Source: an uncultured Solirubrobacterales bacterium
Lineage (GTDB): Bacteria; Actinomycetota; Thermoleophilia; Solirubrobacterales; 70-9
Direction of reading: 5' to 3'
Length of the DNA: 64,000 nucleotides
NCBI GenBank assembly: GCA_963819755.1
Contig: CAWFXB010000002.1
Location: 1,620,112-1,684,111 of the forward strand
A program made the position numbers and the translations under genes. Below are positions 43,759 to 53,076 of this stretch, piece after piece. The notes under the pieces were generated by a model. That model was not told the origin of the DNA. It was given only the letters and a program-made list of their open reading frames with translations, and did not search any database. The stretch's first letter is position 1. The number at the start of each line of letters is the position of its first letter.

Positions 43759-44663
43759 AGAGCCTTGAAGTAGAGGTCCGGCCGCCCTCGCCCTTCCGGC
43801 TGCCCGGGTACAGCAGCGAGGACCGGGTTATGCGGGTTGCCGATGGGGTCGTCTCGCGGCTGCTGCGGGTCGGGCAGAGCCCGGTCCTGGTGCGTGCCTG
43901 GGAACCGGCCCAAGGCCGGGTCCAGCTGCGTGCCGAGCCGGTCGATCCGGCGGCGGTGAGCGCGCCGCGGTCGATCCCGGCGGCGTCGAGTCAGGCCGCC
44001 GGTCCGGCGCAGCTGCGGATGGCGGTGGAGCGGATGCGCTTCGCGCTCGGTGTCGACGACGACCTCGGTGAGGTCTATCGGCGCTTCCGTCGCGATCCGC
44101 TGCTCGGGCCGCTTCTGCGACGGCGTCCCTGGCTGCGCCCGCGCCGCCGCCCGTGGGCCTGGGAGGCGCTCGCCTGGGCGGTCGTCAAGCAGCTGATCGA
44201 GAGCGAGCGGGCGGCGGTCATCCAGCGCCGCATCGTCGGCCGCTGGGGGTCGCGCCTGGGTCGGGACCGGGGGGCGCTGTGCGATATGCCGGGGGCGGAG
44301 ACGATCGCCGGGCGGGCGCCGGCCGAACTCGCCTCGCTGGATCTTTCGCCAGCTCGCTCGATCGCCCTGCGCGCGGTCGCCCGCGAGATCGCCGCCGGGC
44401 GGGTGTCTCCCGGCGACCCCGCCGCGGACGCGCGACTGCTCGCGATCCCCGAAGTCGGCCCCTGGACCGTGCAGTGCCTGGGCCTGTTCGGCCGCGGCGA
44501 TCCCGACTCGCTCCCGGCCGGGGATCTGATCTACCTGAAGCTGGTCGGCCGCCTCGCCCGCCTCGGCCGCCGCGCCACGGTCGAGGAGGTCGAGGAGTTC
44601 TACGCGCCGTACGCGCCATTCCGCGGCCTGGCGAGCCTGTGGACGATCGGCCTGTACAGATAG
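43755..44663 (+). CDS. HhH-GPD superfamily DNA glycosylase (AlkA-like)
   Basis: The motifs WEALAWAVVKQLIE, LLAIPEVGPWTVQCLGLFGRGDPDSLPAGDL and the C-terminal YAPFRGLA are present. Confidence 0.75.
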   Translation: MKSLEVEVRPPSPFRLPGYSSEDRVMRVADGVVSRLLRVGQSPVLVRAWEPAQGRVQLRAEPVDPAAVSAPRSIPAASSQAAGPAQLRMAVERMRFALGVDDDLGEVYRRFRRDPLLGPLLRRRPWLRPRRRPWAWEALAWAVVKQLIESERAAVIQRRIVGRWGSRLGRDRGALCDMPGAETIAGRAPAELASLDLSPARSIALRAVAREIAAGRVSPGDPAADARLLAIPEVGPWTVQCLGLFGRGDPDSLPAGDLIYLKLVGRLARLGRRATVEEVEEFYAPYAPFRGLASLWTIGLYR

Positions 44664-44705
44664 GCGCAGGCTTCAAGGAACCATCGACCTTGCCGATAGG
44701 CCCGC

Positions 44706-47006
44706 ATGGCACGCGAGGGCGATTCTAGGGGCGAGGGATGGCCCGAAGAGCGGGTATCCGAGTTCCTCGAGGAGATTTCCTCGGCGGGCGACGACTACCG
44801 CCGCCTGGTCGAGCGCCTGCCGGCGATCGTCTACTCCTGCGAGCTGGGCGAACGGGGTCGCTGGCGCTATGTCAGCCCCCAGATCGAGGAGATCCTCGGC
44901 TACAGCCCGGAGGAGTGGATGGCCGACCCCGGGCTCTGGGCGCAGCGGCTTCACCCCGACGACCGCGAGCGCGCGCTCGAACAGGAGACCCACAAGGTGG
45001 CTGCCGAAGGGGGTGCCCCGCCGGTCGACTACAGGATGATCACCCGCGAGGGCGCCACCGTCTGGATCCTCGACGAGGCGGTGCTCGAGCCCGACGCTGA
45101 TGGGACCCCTGTCTGGCACGGCGTCCTCTACGACATCACCGAGCGCAAGATCGCCGAGCAGGAGCTGAAGCGAGCCGCCGCCCAGCAGGCGGCGGTGGCA
45201 CGGCTGGGCCGCTACGCGCTCCAGGACGGCGACCCGACGCGGCTGGCCAAGCAGGCGGTGCCGCTGATGACCGAGATCGACGGGGTCGAGGCGGCCTGCG
45301 TCTGGGAAGCGGGCCGCGAGGGCCGGCGGCTTCACCTGCGCGCCGGGCTCGAGGAGCGGGAGGGGGGCGCGGAGCGCCGCGCCTCGGCGGCCCGCGACTC
45401 GCACGCGGGCGCCGCGCTGGAGTCGGGCCTGCACGTGATCGTCGACGACTGGTCGAGCGAGCGGCGCTTCTCGATGCCGCCGGCGCTGCGGGTGCTCGGC
45501 GTGCGCAGCAGCCTCGCGGTGCCGATCGCCGGCAAGGAGCGCCCCTTCGGCGTGCTCGACATCCACTCCACCGAGCCCACCCACTTCACCCCCCAGGACG
45601 TCCACTTCGTCCAAGCCTCGGCGAACGTGCTGGCCGACGCCCTGGAGCGCCACAATGCCGACGAGGCCTTGCGCCACCGGGTCCTGCACGACTCGCTGAC
45701 CGGCCTGCCCAACCGGCCCAGCTTCGTCGACTCGCTGCGCGACGCGCTGCGCCGCAGCATCGCCTCGGGCTCGCCGGTCGGCATCCTCTTCCTCGACCTC
45801 GACCACTTCAAGCTGATCAACGACAGCATCGGCCACCACGCCGGCGACGATCTGCTGCGCGCCGTCGCTCCCCGCCTGCGCGCCCATCTGCGGCCGGGCG
45901 ACATCGTCGCCCGCTTCGGCGGCGACGAGTTCGGCATCCTCGTCGACCGGCTGACCGACGAGGAGGAGGCGCTGGCGATCGCCGACCGGGTGGCGGGTGC
46001 GTTCGCGGAGCCCTATTCCATGGGCGGTGCCGACCATTTCGTCACCGCCAGCATCGGCATCGCCGTCGCCCGGCCGACAGGTCGCGAGCCGGTCGACGCC
46101 GAGTTGTTGATCCGTGACGCCGACGCGGCGATGTACCGGGCCAAGGAGCGCGGCCGGGGGCGTTGCGAGGTCTTCGACGCCGAGATGCGAGCGCGTGCCG
46201 TGCGCCGGCTCGAGACCGAGCGCGAGCTGCGCCACGCGCTCGACCGCGACGAGCTGGAGCTGCACTACCAGCCGGTGGTCGCCCTCGGCAACGGCGAGAT
46301 CGTCGGCGTCGAGGCGTTGGTGCGCTGGAACCACCCCGAGCGCGGCCTGCTCGACCCCGGCGAGTTCGTCTCGATCGCCGAGGACAGCGGCCTGATCGAG
46401 CCGATCGGGCGCTGGGTGCAGGAGACGGCCTGCCGCCAGGCGCTCGGCTGGCACGATCTGCGTCCCGACCAGCGGCCCCTCGATGTCGCCGTCAACCTCT
46501 CGGCCCGTCAGGTGGCGCACCGCGACCTGGCCGGCTCGGTGCGCGAGATCCTCGCCCGCACCGGCCTCGACCCGGTCAACCTGCGACTGGAGGTGACCGA
46601 GAGCGTCCTGGTCGAAGAGTCGGCCAGCGCCACCGCGACCCTGGAGGCGCTGAGCGAGATCGGCGTCCGCCTCGTCCTCGACGACTTCGGCACCGGCTAC
46701 TCGTCGCTCGCCTACCTCAACCGCTTCCCCTTCGACGCGCTGAAGATCGACCGCTCCTTCGTCGAAGGGCTCGGAGTCGAACAGGAGCGCACGGCGATCG
46801 TCGAGGCGGTGATCGGCATGGCCCGCGCCCTCTCGCTCGACGCGATCGCCGAGGGGGTCGAGAACGAGGCGCAGCTCTCGGAGCTTCGCCGGCTCGGCTG
46901 CGACTACGCCCAGGGCCACCTCTTCTCGCGCCCGCTCGCGGCGCAGAAGGTGACGAGCCTGCTGCGCGAGGGGGGCTTCGAGCTAATCGGGGATCTGGCC
47001 CGCTAG
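44706..47006 (+). CDS. PAS-GAF-GGDEF-EAL signalling protein (c-di-GMP turnover)
   Basis: The domains are PAS (YVSPQIEEILGYSPEEW), a GAF-like region, GGDEF (RFGGDEFGIL) and EAL (EALVRW...DDFGTGYSSL...KIDRSF). Confidence 0.9.
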   Translation: MAREGDSRGEGWPEERVSEFLEEISSAGDDYRRLVERLPAIVYSCELGERGRWRYVSPQIEEILGYSPEEWMADPGLWAQRLHPDDRERALEQETHKVAAEGGAPPVDYRMITREGATVWILDEAVLEPDADGTPVWHGVLYDITERKIAEQELKRAAAQQAAVARLGRYALQDGDPTRLAKQAVPLMTEIDGVEAACVWEAGREGRRLHLRAGLEEREGGAERRASAARDSHAGAALESGLHVIVDDWSSERRFSMPPALRVLGVRSSLAVPIAGKERPFGVLDIHSTEPTHFTPQDVHFVQASANVLADALERHNADEALRHRVLHDSLTGLPNRPSFVDSLRDALRRSIASGSPVGILFLDLDHFKLINDSIGHHAGDDLLRAVAPRLRAHLRPGDIVARFGGDEFGILVDRLTDEEEALAIADRVAGAFAEPYSMGGADHFVTASIGIAVARPTGREPVDAELLIRDADAAMYRAKERGRGRCEVFDAEMRARAVRRLETERELRHALDRDELELHYQPVVALGNGEIVGVEALVRWNHPERGLLDPGEFVSIAEDSGLIEPIGRWVQETACRQALGWHDLRPDQRPLDVAVNLSARQVAHRDLAGSVREILARTGLDPVNLRLEVTESVLVEESASATATLEALSEIGVRLVLDDFGTGYSSLAYLNRFPFDALKIDRSFVEGLGVEQERTAIVEAVIGMARALSLDAIAEGVENEAQLSELRRLGCDYAQGHLFSRPLAAQKVTSLLREGGFELIGDLAR

Positions 47007-47990
47007 ATAGGCGTTGCTGAGCACTTCGGCAGTCGTCGGACGGCCGGAGATCAGTCCGTTTTCGTTCATCCAGGCGATGAACGCCTTCCACTCGGCGGGG
47101 TTCATCGTGCCGCGTCTGGAGAGCAGCGGCAGCGTCGCTGCGACCTCGGCCCTGGTCAGCTTCGGATCGAGGTTCGGGTTGGCTTCGAGCAGCGCCTTGG
47201 TCGTCGCTTCGGGGCTCTTGATCGCGGCGGCGGTGCCGCGCGCCAGCGCGCCGAGGAAGAGGCGGATCGCCTGCGGGTCTTCTTCGAGCCGGTCGCGGCG
47301 GGCGACGAGGACGAGCTCGTCGTAGGTCGGTACGCCCAGCTTGTCGACCGGGGTGACGACCGGGTCCTTGCCGCGCAACCGCAGGTCGACTCCCTCGACG
47401 TTGCTGAACCCGCCCAGCATCGCCTGGGCGCTGCCGCCGGCGAGCGCCGGCAACAGCCCGTAGCCGACGTTGACGGTCTTGACGTCTGCGGGGGTCAGCT
47501 TGGCGCGGGCGAGGATCGTCTTCAGGTAGGCGTCCTGGTAGGGGATGCCCGCGGTGGCGATCGTCTTGCCGCGCAAGCCGGCCACCCCTTTTATGCCCGA
47601 TTTCTGCAGCCAGATCAGCGAGGTCAGCGGGCGGTCGACGAGGGCGCCGACGGCGACCACGTCGAGACCCTGTTCGCGGGCCAGCATCACCTCGGGCTCG
47701 TATGAGATCGCCAGGTCGGTCTGCCCCGCGGCGACCTGCTTGATCGGCGCCGCCGGGTCGGAGGGGGTCTGGATCGAGACGTCGAGGCCGGCTTCGCGGA
47801 AGTAGCCGAGCTTCTTCGCCATGTAGATGCCGGCGTGGTCGGGGTTGGGGTAGAAGTCGAGCGTCAGGCTGAGCGGTTCGGTCGCCGCGCCGGTCGTGTC
47901 GTCGCTCTTCTCACCGCAGGCGGCCAGCCCCAGGGCGAGGGCGAGGAGGGCGACGGCGAGGGCGATCGCCGACAGTCGGGGGAACTTCAT
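46983..47990 (-). CDS. ABC transporter substrate-binding lipoprotein, NMT1/THI5-like
   Basis: There is a lipobox GLAACG, with LTLDFYPNPDHAGIYMAKKLGYFREAGLDV...AAGQTDLAISYEPEV. Confidence 0.8.
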   Translation of the reverse strand: MKFPRLSAIALAVALLALALGLAACGEKSDDTTGAATEPLSLTLDFYPNPDHAGIYMAKKLGYFREAGLDVSIQTPSDPAAPIKQVAAGQTDLAISYEPEVMLAREQGLDVVAVGALVDRPLTSLIWLQKSGIKGVAGLRGKTIATAGIPYQDAYLKTILARAKLTPADVKTVNVGYGLLPALAGGSAQAMLGGFSNVEGVDLRLRGKDPVVTPVDKLGVPTYDELVLVARRDRLEEDPQAIRLFLGALARGTAAAIKSPEATTKALLEANPNLDPKLTRAEVAATLPLLSRRGTMNPAEWKAFIAWMNENGLISGRPTTAEVLSNAYLAGQIPD

Positions 47991-48000
47991 CCCCTGCTTT

Positions 48001-48792
48001 CTATCGCCAAGTGACGATGCGGCGCTCTGCGAGAGCCAGAATGCCGTACAGGCCGATCGCGATGAAGGCCAAAATGGTCACGGAAGCGAACATGCGCGCG
48101 GTTTCCAGCTGCGCGCTGTCCTGCCGCATCAGGACCCCCAGGCCCGAGTTCGCTCCAGCCCACTCGCCGAAGACCGCGGCGATCGGCGCGAAGGCAATCG
48201 CGATCCGGGCGCCGCTGAAGGCAAAGGGCAGCGAGGTCGGGGCTTCCACTCGCCAGAGAAGCTGCCGGCGCGAGGCGTCGAGAGTCCGCATCATCTTGGT
48301 CGTCTCGGGGTCGACCGAGCGCAGCCCGTCGGCAGTGGCCACGCCGATCGGGAAGAAGCAGACCAGGGCGATGATCGCCAGCTTGGGCCCGATTCCGTAG
48401 CCGAACCAGACGACCAGGATGGGGGCGATGATGAGGATTGGTACGGCCTGCGAGGCGACCATCAGCGGGTAGGCGGCCCGGCGCAACAGCCCGGAGAGGC
48501 GGAGAAGCAGGGCAAAGCCGAGCCCAGCAGCCAGCCCGCAGAGGAAGCCGAGCAGGACCTCCTGCAGCGTCACCCAAGCGTTTTCGGCCAACAGTGAGCG
48601 GTTGTCCCACAGCGAGGAGGCGATTTCGGCGGGCGAGGGGACGAGGAAGCTTTCGACGTTGAGCACGCTTGCGAGCGCCCCCGTGCTCGCAGCGACCTGC
48701 CAGGCGCCGATCAGCGTCGCGAGGAGCAGCAGCGGAAGCAGCCATGTGGCGAGTTTCCCGTCTATATGACGGGTAAGGCGCCACGCATTCAT
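48001..48792 (-). CDS. ABC transporter permease (NitT/TauT family)
   Basis: The 263-aa product has 6 TM helices and a BPD-transport EAA-like loop, ...DPETTKMMRTLDASRRQLLWRVEAP... Confidence 0.85.
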   Translation of the reverse strand: MNAWRLTRHIDGKLATWLLPLLLLATLIGAWQVAASTGALASVLNVESFLVPSPAEIASSLWDNRSLLAENAWVTLQEVLLGFLCGLAAGLGFALLLRLSGLLRRAAYPLMVASQAVPILIIAPILVVWFGYGIGPKLAIIALVCFFPIGVATADGLRSVDPETTKMMRTLDASRRQLLWRVEAPTSLPFAFSGARIAIAFAPIAAVFGEWAGANSGLGVLMRQDSAQLETARMFASVTILAFIAIGLYGILALAERRIVTWR

Positions 48793-49547
48793 TGGGTGCC
48801 CCTGTGCAAGGCGGCCATCGCCCGCTCGCGGACGGCGACGAACTCGGGATCGGTGACCGCGGCGTCGCGATCGGCTGCCCGCGGCGCTGGCGCGCTCAGT
48901 TCCTCGACCACATGAGCGGGCCTGGCGGAAAGGACGGCGACGCGATCGCAGAGGTAGAGCGCCTCCTCGACGTCGTGGGTGACGAGGACCACCGTGCGCG
49001 GGTCCGCGGCCAGGGCTTCAGACAGCCAGGCCTGCATCTCGGCGCGGGTGATCGCGTCGAGCGAGGCGAACGGCTCGTCCAGCGCCAGCACCGGCTTTCC
49101 GGCAACGAGCGTGCGCAGGAAGGCGACGCGCTGCCGCATCCCACCCGAGAGCTCGGCCGGCCGCGTGCGCTCGAAGCCCGCGAGGCCGAGGCGCTCGAAG
49201 AAGAGCCCTGCCTGCTCGCGCGCCGCGCGGCGGCGGACACCGCGGTTGCGCAGCGCCAGCGCGGCGTTGTCGACCGCCGACAGCCAGGGCAGCAGCATGT
49301 CGCGCTGCGGCATGAAGGCACAGTGGGCGAGGCGCTCGGCCGGATCGCTGTCCCCGTCCACCTCGATCTCGCCCACGCTCGGCTGCTGCAGGCCGGCGAT
49401 CAGCTCGAGCAGGGTGGACTTCCCGCAACCCGAGGGACCGACCAAGCCGAGCACCCCTTGCTCCGGCACCTCCATGTCGAGGCGCTCGATCGCCTCCAGC
49501 TCGCCGTAGGAGTGGCTGAGGCCGCGGATCGAAACCATGGCGGGCAC
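48789..49547 (-). CDS. ABC transporter ATP-binding protein (NitT/TauT family)
   Basis: The motifs GPSGCGKSTLL, LSGGMRQRVAFLRTL and LALDEPFASLD are present. An alternative start is ATG 49538. Confidence 0.9.
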   Translation of the reverse strand: MPAMVSIRGLSHSYGELEAIERLDMEVPEQGVLGLVGPSGCGKSTLLELIAGLQQPSVGEIEVDGDSDPAERLAHCAFMPQRDMLLPWLSAVDNAALALRNRGVRRRAAREQAGLFFERLGLAGFERTRPAELSGGMRQRVAFLRTLVAGKPVLALDEPFASLDAITRAEMQAWLSEALAADPRTVVLVTHDVEEALYLCDRVAVLSARPAHVVEELSAPAPRAADRDAAVTDPEFVAVRERAMAALHRGTQ

Positions 49548-49567
49548 CTTGGTATTCTCCCGTACTC

Positions 49568-49615
49568 CTCGCTCCTGACCAATCCAGTCGAGAAAGTAGG
49601 AAAGTCAGGAGCGAG
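49568..49615. promoter_or_regulatory. 12-bp perfect inverted repeat that includes the AGGAG of the tauE-like gene
   Basis: The arms ctcgctcctgac (49568-79) and gtcaggagcgag (49604-15) enclose a 24-nt loop. The right arm ends 5-8 nt before the TTG/ATG starts at 49621/49624. Confidence 0.4.
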
Positions 49616-49620
49616 ATAGA

Positions 49621-50535
49621 TTGATGGACCCGGCAATCATCTTCTTCGGTCTCGGTATCGGCGTGCTCGTCGGCATGACGGGCATGGGCGGGGGATCCCT
49701 GATGACGCCGCTGCTGATCCTGATCTTCGGGATCCAGCCGACGACGGCGATCGGCACCGACATCTTCTACTCGGCCGTGACCAAGACGGTCGGCGGCTGG
49801 CGCCACCTACGGATGAAGACCGTGAACATGGAGCTGGTCAAATGGCTGGCCCTCGGCAGCGTCCCGGCGGCGGTCAGCGGCGTCGCGATCGTCTCGGTGC
49901 TCAAGAAGCACATCGGCGAAGACCGGCTCGACTCGCTCGTCTATGCGGTTCTCGGCGGCACCCTGCTGATGGTCGGCATCATCACCCTCGCCCGGGCCCT
50001 GATCCTGCGCGATCTGGTCGACGAGCGCGACCGCTTCGACGTCGAGCGCCGCCACAAAGTCGCCGCCGTCCTGATCGGCGCCACGACCGGCTTCGTGATC
50101 GGCATCACCTCGGCCGGGTCGGGCACCGTGATCGCGATTCTGCTGATCGCCGTCTACCGCCTGGCGCCCAAAAAAGTCGTCGGCACCGACGTCTTCCACG
50201 CCGCGATCCTACTCTGGGCCGCCGGCATCGCCCACTGGATAGGCGGCAACGTCGATTTCGTCCTCGCTGGCAACATCCTGATCGGCTCGATCCCGGGAGT
50301 GATCGTCGGCGCCGCCCTCTCCAGCAAAGCCCCGCAGGGCTTCATCCGCACGGCCCTGGGCCTCGTCCTGGTCGGCTCGGGGATCGTCACGATCCAGAAA
50401 GGCGACCCAAATGTATGGCCCATCGCGGCTCTCGTCGCGGGAATCGGCCTCGGCGCGGTTCTCGCCGCCCCCCGCATCCTCCACCGCCGCCGCCAGCGCG
50501 AAGCAGCGGAGCTTGCGCTCGAATCGACCGGCTAA
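49621..50535 (+). CDS. TauE/SafE-family (DUF81) anion exporter membrane protein
   Basis: The product has the motif GIGVLVGMTGMGGGSLMTPLLILIF and 7-8 TM helices. The likely start is ATG 49624. Confidence 0.85.
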   Translation: MMDPAIIFFGLGIGVLVGMTGMGGGSLMTPLLILIFGIQPTTAIGTDIFYSAVTKTVGGWRHLRMKTVNMELVKWLALGSVPAAVSGVAIVSVLKKHIGEDRLDSLVYAVLGGTLLMVGIITLARALILRDLVDERDRFDVERRHKVAAVLIGATTGFVIGITSAGSGTVIAILLIAVYRLAPKKVVGTDVFHAAILLWAAGIAHWIGGNVDFVLAGNILIGSIPGVIVGAALSSKAPQGFIRTALGLVLVGSGIVTIQKGDPNVWPIAALVAGIGLGAVLAAPRILHRRRQREAAELALESTG

Positions 50536-50567
50536 CCCGCGTGCTGAGTGCCTGATTAACTAGCTCT

Positions 50568-51023
50568 ATGCGTGTTTCAGCAAAAGCCGACTACGCCGTC
50601 CGCGCCGCCGCCGAGCTCGCCGCGGCCGGCGACGAGCCCGTCAAGGGGGAGCGGCTGGCCGACGCGCAGGACATCCCGCTGCAGTTCCTCGAGCACATCC
50701 TGCTGGAGCTGAAGCACCACGGCATCGTCCGCGCCCGCCGCGGCGCCAAGGGCGGCTACTGGCTCGCCAAGCCTGCCGACGAGGTGACGATCGCCGACGT
50801 CGTCCGCGCGGTCGAGGGCCCGATCGCCCACGTCCAGTCTTCCCCGCCCGAGGCGATCGAGTACCGCGGTAACGCCGAGCACCTCCAGGAGGTCTGGATC
50901 GCCGTGCGCGCCAACCTCCGCGCCGTCCTCGAGCACGTGACCCTCGCCGACCTCGTGGCCGGCGAGCTCCCCAGCTCCATCAAGGAGCTCGCGGCGCCCG
51001 GCGACGCCTGGGCGCCGCGTTAG
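50568..51023 (+). CDS. Rrf2-family transcriptional regulator (no Cys ligands)
   Basis: The motifs KADYAVRAAAELA...IPLQFLEHILLELKHHGIVRARRGAKGGYWLAKPADEVTIADVVRAVEGP are present. The product contains no cysteine. Confidence 0.85.
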   Translation: MRVSAKADYAVRAAAELAAAGDEPVKGERLADAQDIPLQFLEHILLELKHHGIVRARRGAKGGYWLAKPADEVTIADVVRAVEGPIAHVQSSPPEAIEYRGNAEHLQEVWIAVRANLRAVLEHVTLADLVAGELPSSIKELAAPGDAWAPR

Positions 51024-51125
51024 CCTCTTTTTTCGCTCTCTTCCTGACTTTGCTGATCGACTTTCTGCTAAGGTGCCCGCCTTCATTCCTAATCAACTTC
51101 ATCAAGAAAGAAGGGAAGGGGTTAG

Positions 51126-52164
51126 ATGACGAACCCTGGTAAGGGCAGGAAGACGATCGGATTGGGCTTTGTGGCCGCCCTGCTCGCGCTGGTTACCCTG
51201 GCGGTGACCGGCTGCGGCAGCAGCGACTTCGAGCTCGAGCTCCTCGGGCGGCGGCAAGCTCGACGTGGTCGGCTACTCGACCCCCGAATCCGTCTACCAG
51301 GAAGCCCTGGAGCCGGCATTCGAAAAGACCTCCGAGGGCTCGGGCGTCAGCTTCAGCAACTCCTTCGGCGCCTCTGGCGACCAGAGCCGCGCTGTCGTGG
51401 CCGGCCAGCCGGCCTCCGTCGTCCACTTCTCGCAGGCCGGCGACATGGAACGCCTGGTCGAAGAAGGCGAACTCGTCTCCAAGGACTGGGAAAAGCAGCC
51501 CTACGGCGGCATCGCCACCGACTCGGTGGTCGTCCTCGTGGTTCGCAAAGGCAACCCGAAGGGAATCCACTCCTTCGATGACCTGCAGACCAAGGACGTC
51601 GGCATCGTCACCCCCAACCCGTTCAGCTCCGGCTCGGCTCGCTGGAACCTGATGGCCGTCTACGGGACCGCCCTCAACGAGGGCAAGTCACCGGCCCAGG
51701 CGCTCGAAGCGGTCAAGACCGTGCTCGAAAAGACCAAGGCCCAGCCGGGTAGCGGCAGCGATGCGCTTGCCGCCTTCACCCAGGGCGAGGGCGACGTGCT
51801 GCTCAGCTATGAGAACGAGGCGATCAAGGCCGAAAACGAGGGGGAAGACGTCGAATACGTGATCCCGCCCTCGACGATCCAGATCGAAACGCCGATCGCC
51901 GTCACCGAAAGCGCTCCGGAGCCCGCGGCGGAAGATTTCCTCAAGTTCCTCTGGTCCGACGAAGGTCAGGAACTCTGGGCCGAAAACGGCTACCGGCCGG
52001 TCAACCCGAAGCTGGTCGACCCGAAGCAGTTCCCGACCCCCAAGGACCTGTTCAAGATCAGCCAGTTCGGCGGCTGGGGCAAGGTCAACGAAGAATTCTT
52101 CGACTCGGAAACCGGTTCGGTGGCGAAGATCGAGAGTGAACTCGGAGTCTCCACTTCCGGCTAG
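51126..52164 (+). pseudogene. sbp: Sulfate/thiosulfate ABC substrate-binding lipoprotein with an apparent +1 frame break after the lipobox
   Basis: The signal peptide and lipobox (MTNPGKGRKTIGLGFVAALLALVTLAVTGCGSS) are in the frame of ORF 51126... The Ser/Gly linker and mature domain (SSSSSSGGGKLDVVGYSTPESVYQEALEPAFEKT...SFGASGDQSRAVV) are in the frame of ORF 51265..52164. That frame has no start codon between the TGA at 51205 and GTG 51265. Confidence 0.75.
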
Positions 52165-52167
52165 CCC

Positions 52168-53076
52168 ATGGAGGCTCACGCGGCAAGCGCGGCAGCACCC
52201 CGGGCGGGATTCCGCCTGCCCGGGGTCGGCGCCGGCCTCGGCCGGGGGACGGTCGTGCTCTACCTGAGCCTGATCGTCCTGCTGCCGCTGGCGGCTCTGA
52301 CCAGCCAGGCATTCGAAGACGGGCTCTCCACCTTCTGGCATCAGGTCACCTCGCCCCAGGCGGTCAGGTCGCTCGAGCTGACGGTGATCGCGTCGCTGAT
52401 CGTGGTCGCGATCAACGCGGTCTTCGGCACGATCATCGCCTGGCTCCTCGTCCGCGACGAATTCCCCGGCAAGTCGGTCGTCAACGCGGTGATCGACCTG
52501 CCGTTTGCGCTGCCGACGATCGTCGCCAGCCTCACCCTGATCACGCTGTACGGCAACGACAGCCCGTTCAATATTCATCTTGCCGCGACGCAGGCCGCGG
52601 TCGTGGTCGCCCTGCTCTTCGTCACCCTGCCCTTCGTCGTCCGTGCGGTGCAACCCCTGTTGATCGAGATGGACCACGAGATGGAGGAGGCGGCGGCGTC
52701 GCTGGGCGCCAGCGGCTTCACGGTCTTCCGCCGCATCATCTTTCCCAACCTGCTGCCGGGGCTCGCCGCCGGAGTCGCCCTTGCCTTCGCCCGCGCGCTC
52801 GGCGAGTACGGCTCCGTTCTGCTCTTCGCCGGTGGCCTGCCGAATACGACGGTCTCCTCGGTCTTCATCCGTCAACAGATCGAGTCCGGAAACAATGTCG
52901 GGGCGGCTGCCGTCTCGGTCGTCTTGCTGGCCGCCTCGCTGCTGATGCTTGCCGCGATCAGCCTGATCCAGCGCTGGGGCAGCCGGCATGAACGCAGCGG
53001 TGGAGCGGGGCTGACCGTGATGCCGATGAGCGGCGAGGATTTCACCGTGGAGGGCGGCAGCGATGAGGACCGCTGA
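52168..53076 (+). CDS. cysT: Sulfate ABC transporter permease CysT
   Basis: The product is a polytopic permease with the EAA loop EEAAASLGASGFTVFRRIIFPNL. It follows sbp. Confidence 0.85.
   Translation: MEAHAASAAAPRAGFRLPGVGAGLGRGTVVLYLSLIVLLPLAALTSQAFEDGLSTFWHQVTSPQAVRSLELTVIASLIVVAINAVFGTIIAWLLVRDEFPGKSVVNAVIDLPFALPTIVASLTLITLYGNDSPFNIHLAATQAAVVVALLFVTLPFVVRAVQPLLIEMDHEMEEAAASLGASGFTVFRRIIFPNLLPGLAAGVALAFARALGEYGSVLLFAGGLPNTTVSSVFIRQQIESGNNVGAAAVSVVLLAASLLMLAAISLIQRWGSRHERSGGAGLTVMPMSGEDFTVEGGSDEDR

Noticed and set aside
49548-49620. A possible TPP riboswitch upstream of the THI5/NMT1-type ABC transporter operon.
   Set aside because: The region is only 73 nt long. I could not find the conserved CUGAGA or ACCUGAUCUGGAUAAUGCCAGC-like cores on the minus strand. 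Only a simple 12-bp palindrome is present.
51126-51581. The 151-aa ORF treated as a separate small lipoprotein.
   Set aside because: Only the first ~33 residues (signal peptide and lipobox) look genuine. The rest is Arg-rich off-frame translation of the sbp gene, so it is treated as the 5' part of a frame-broken sbp.
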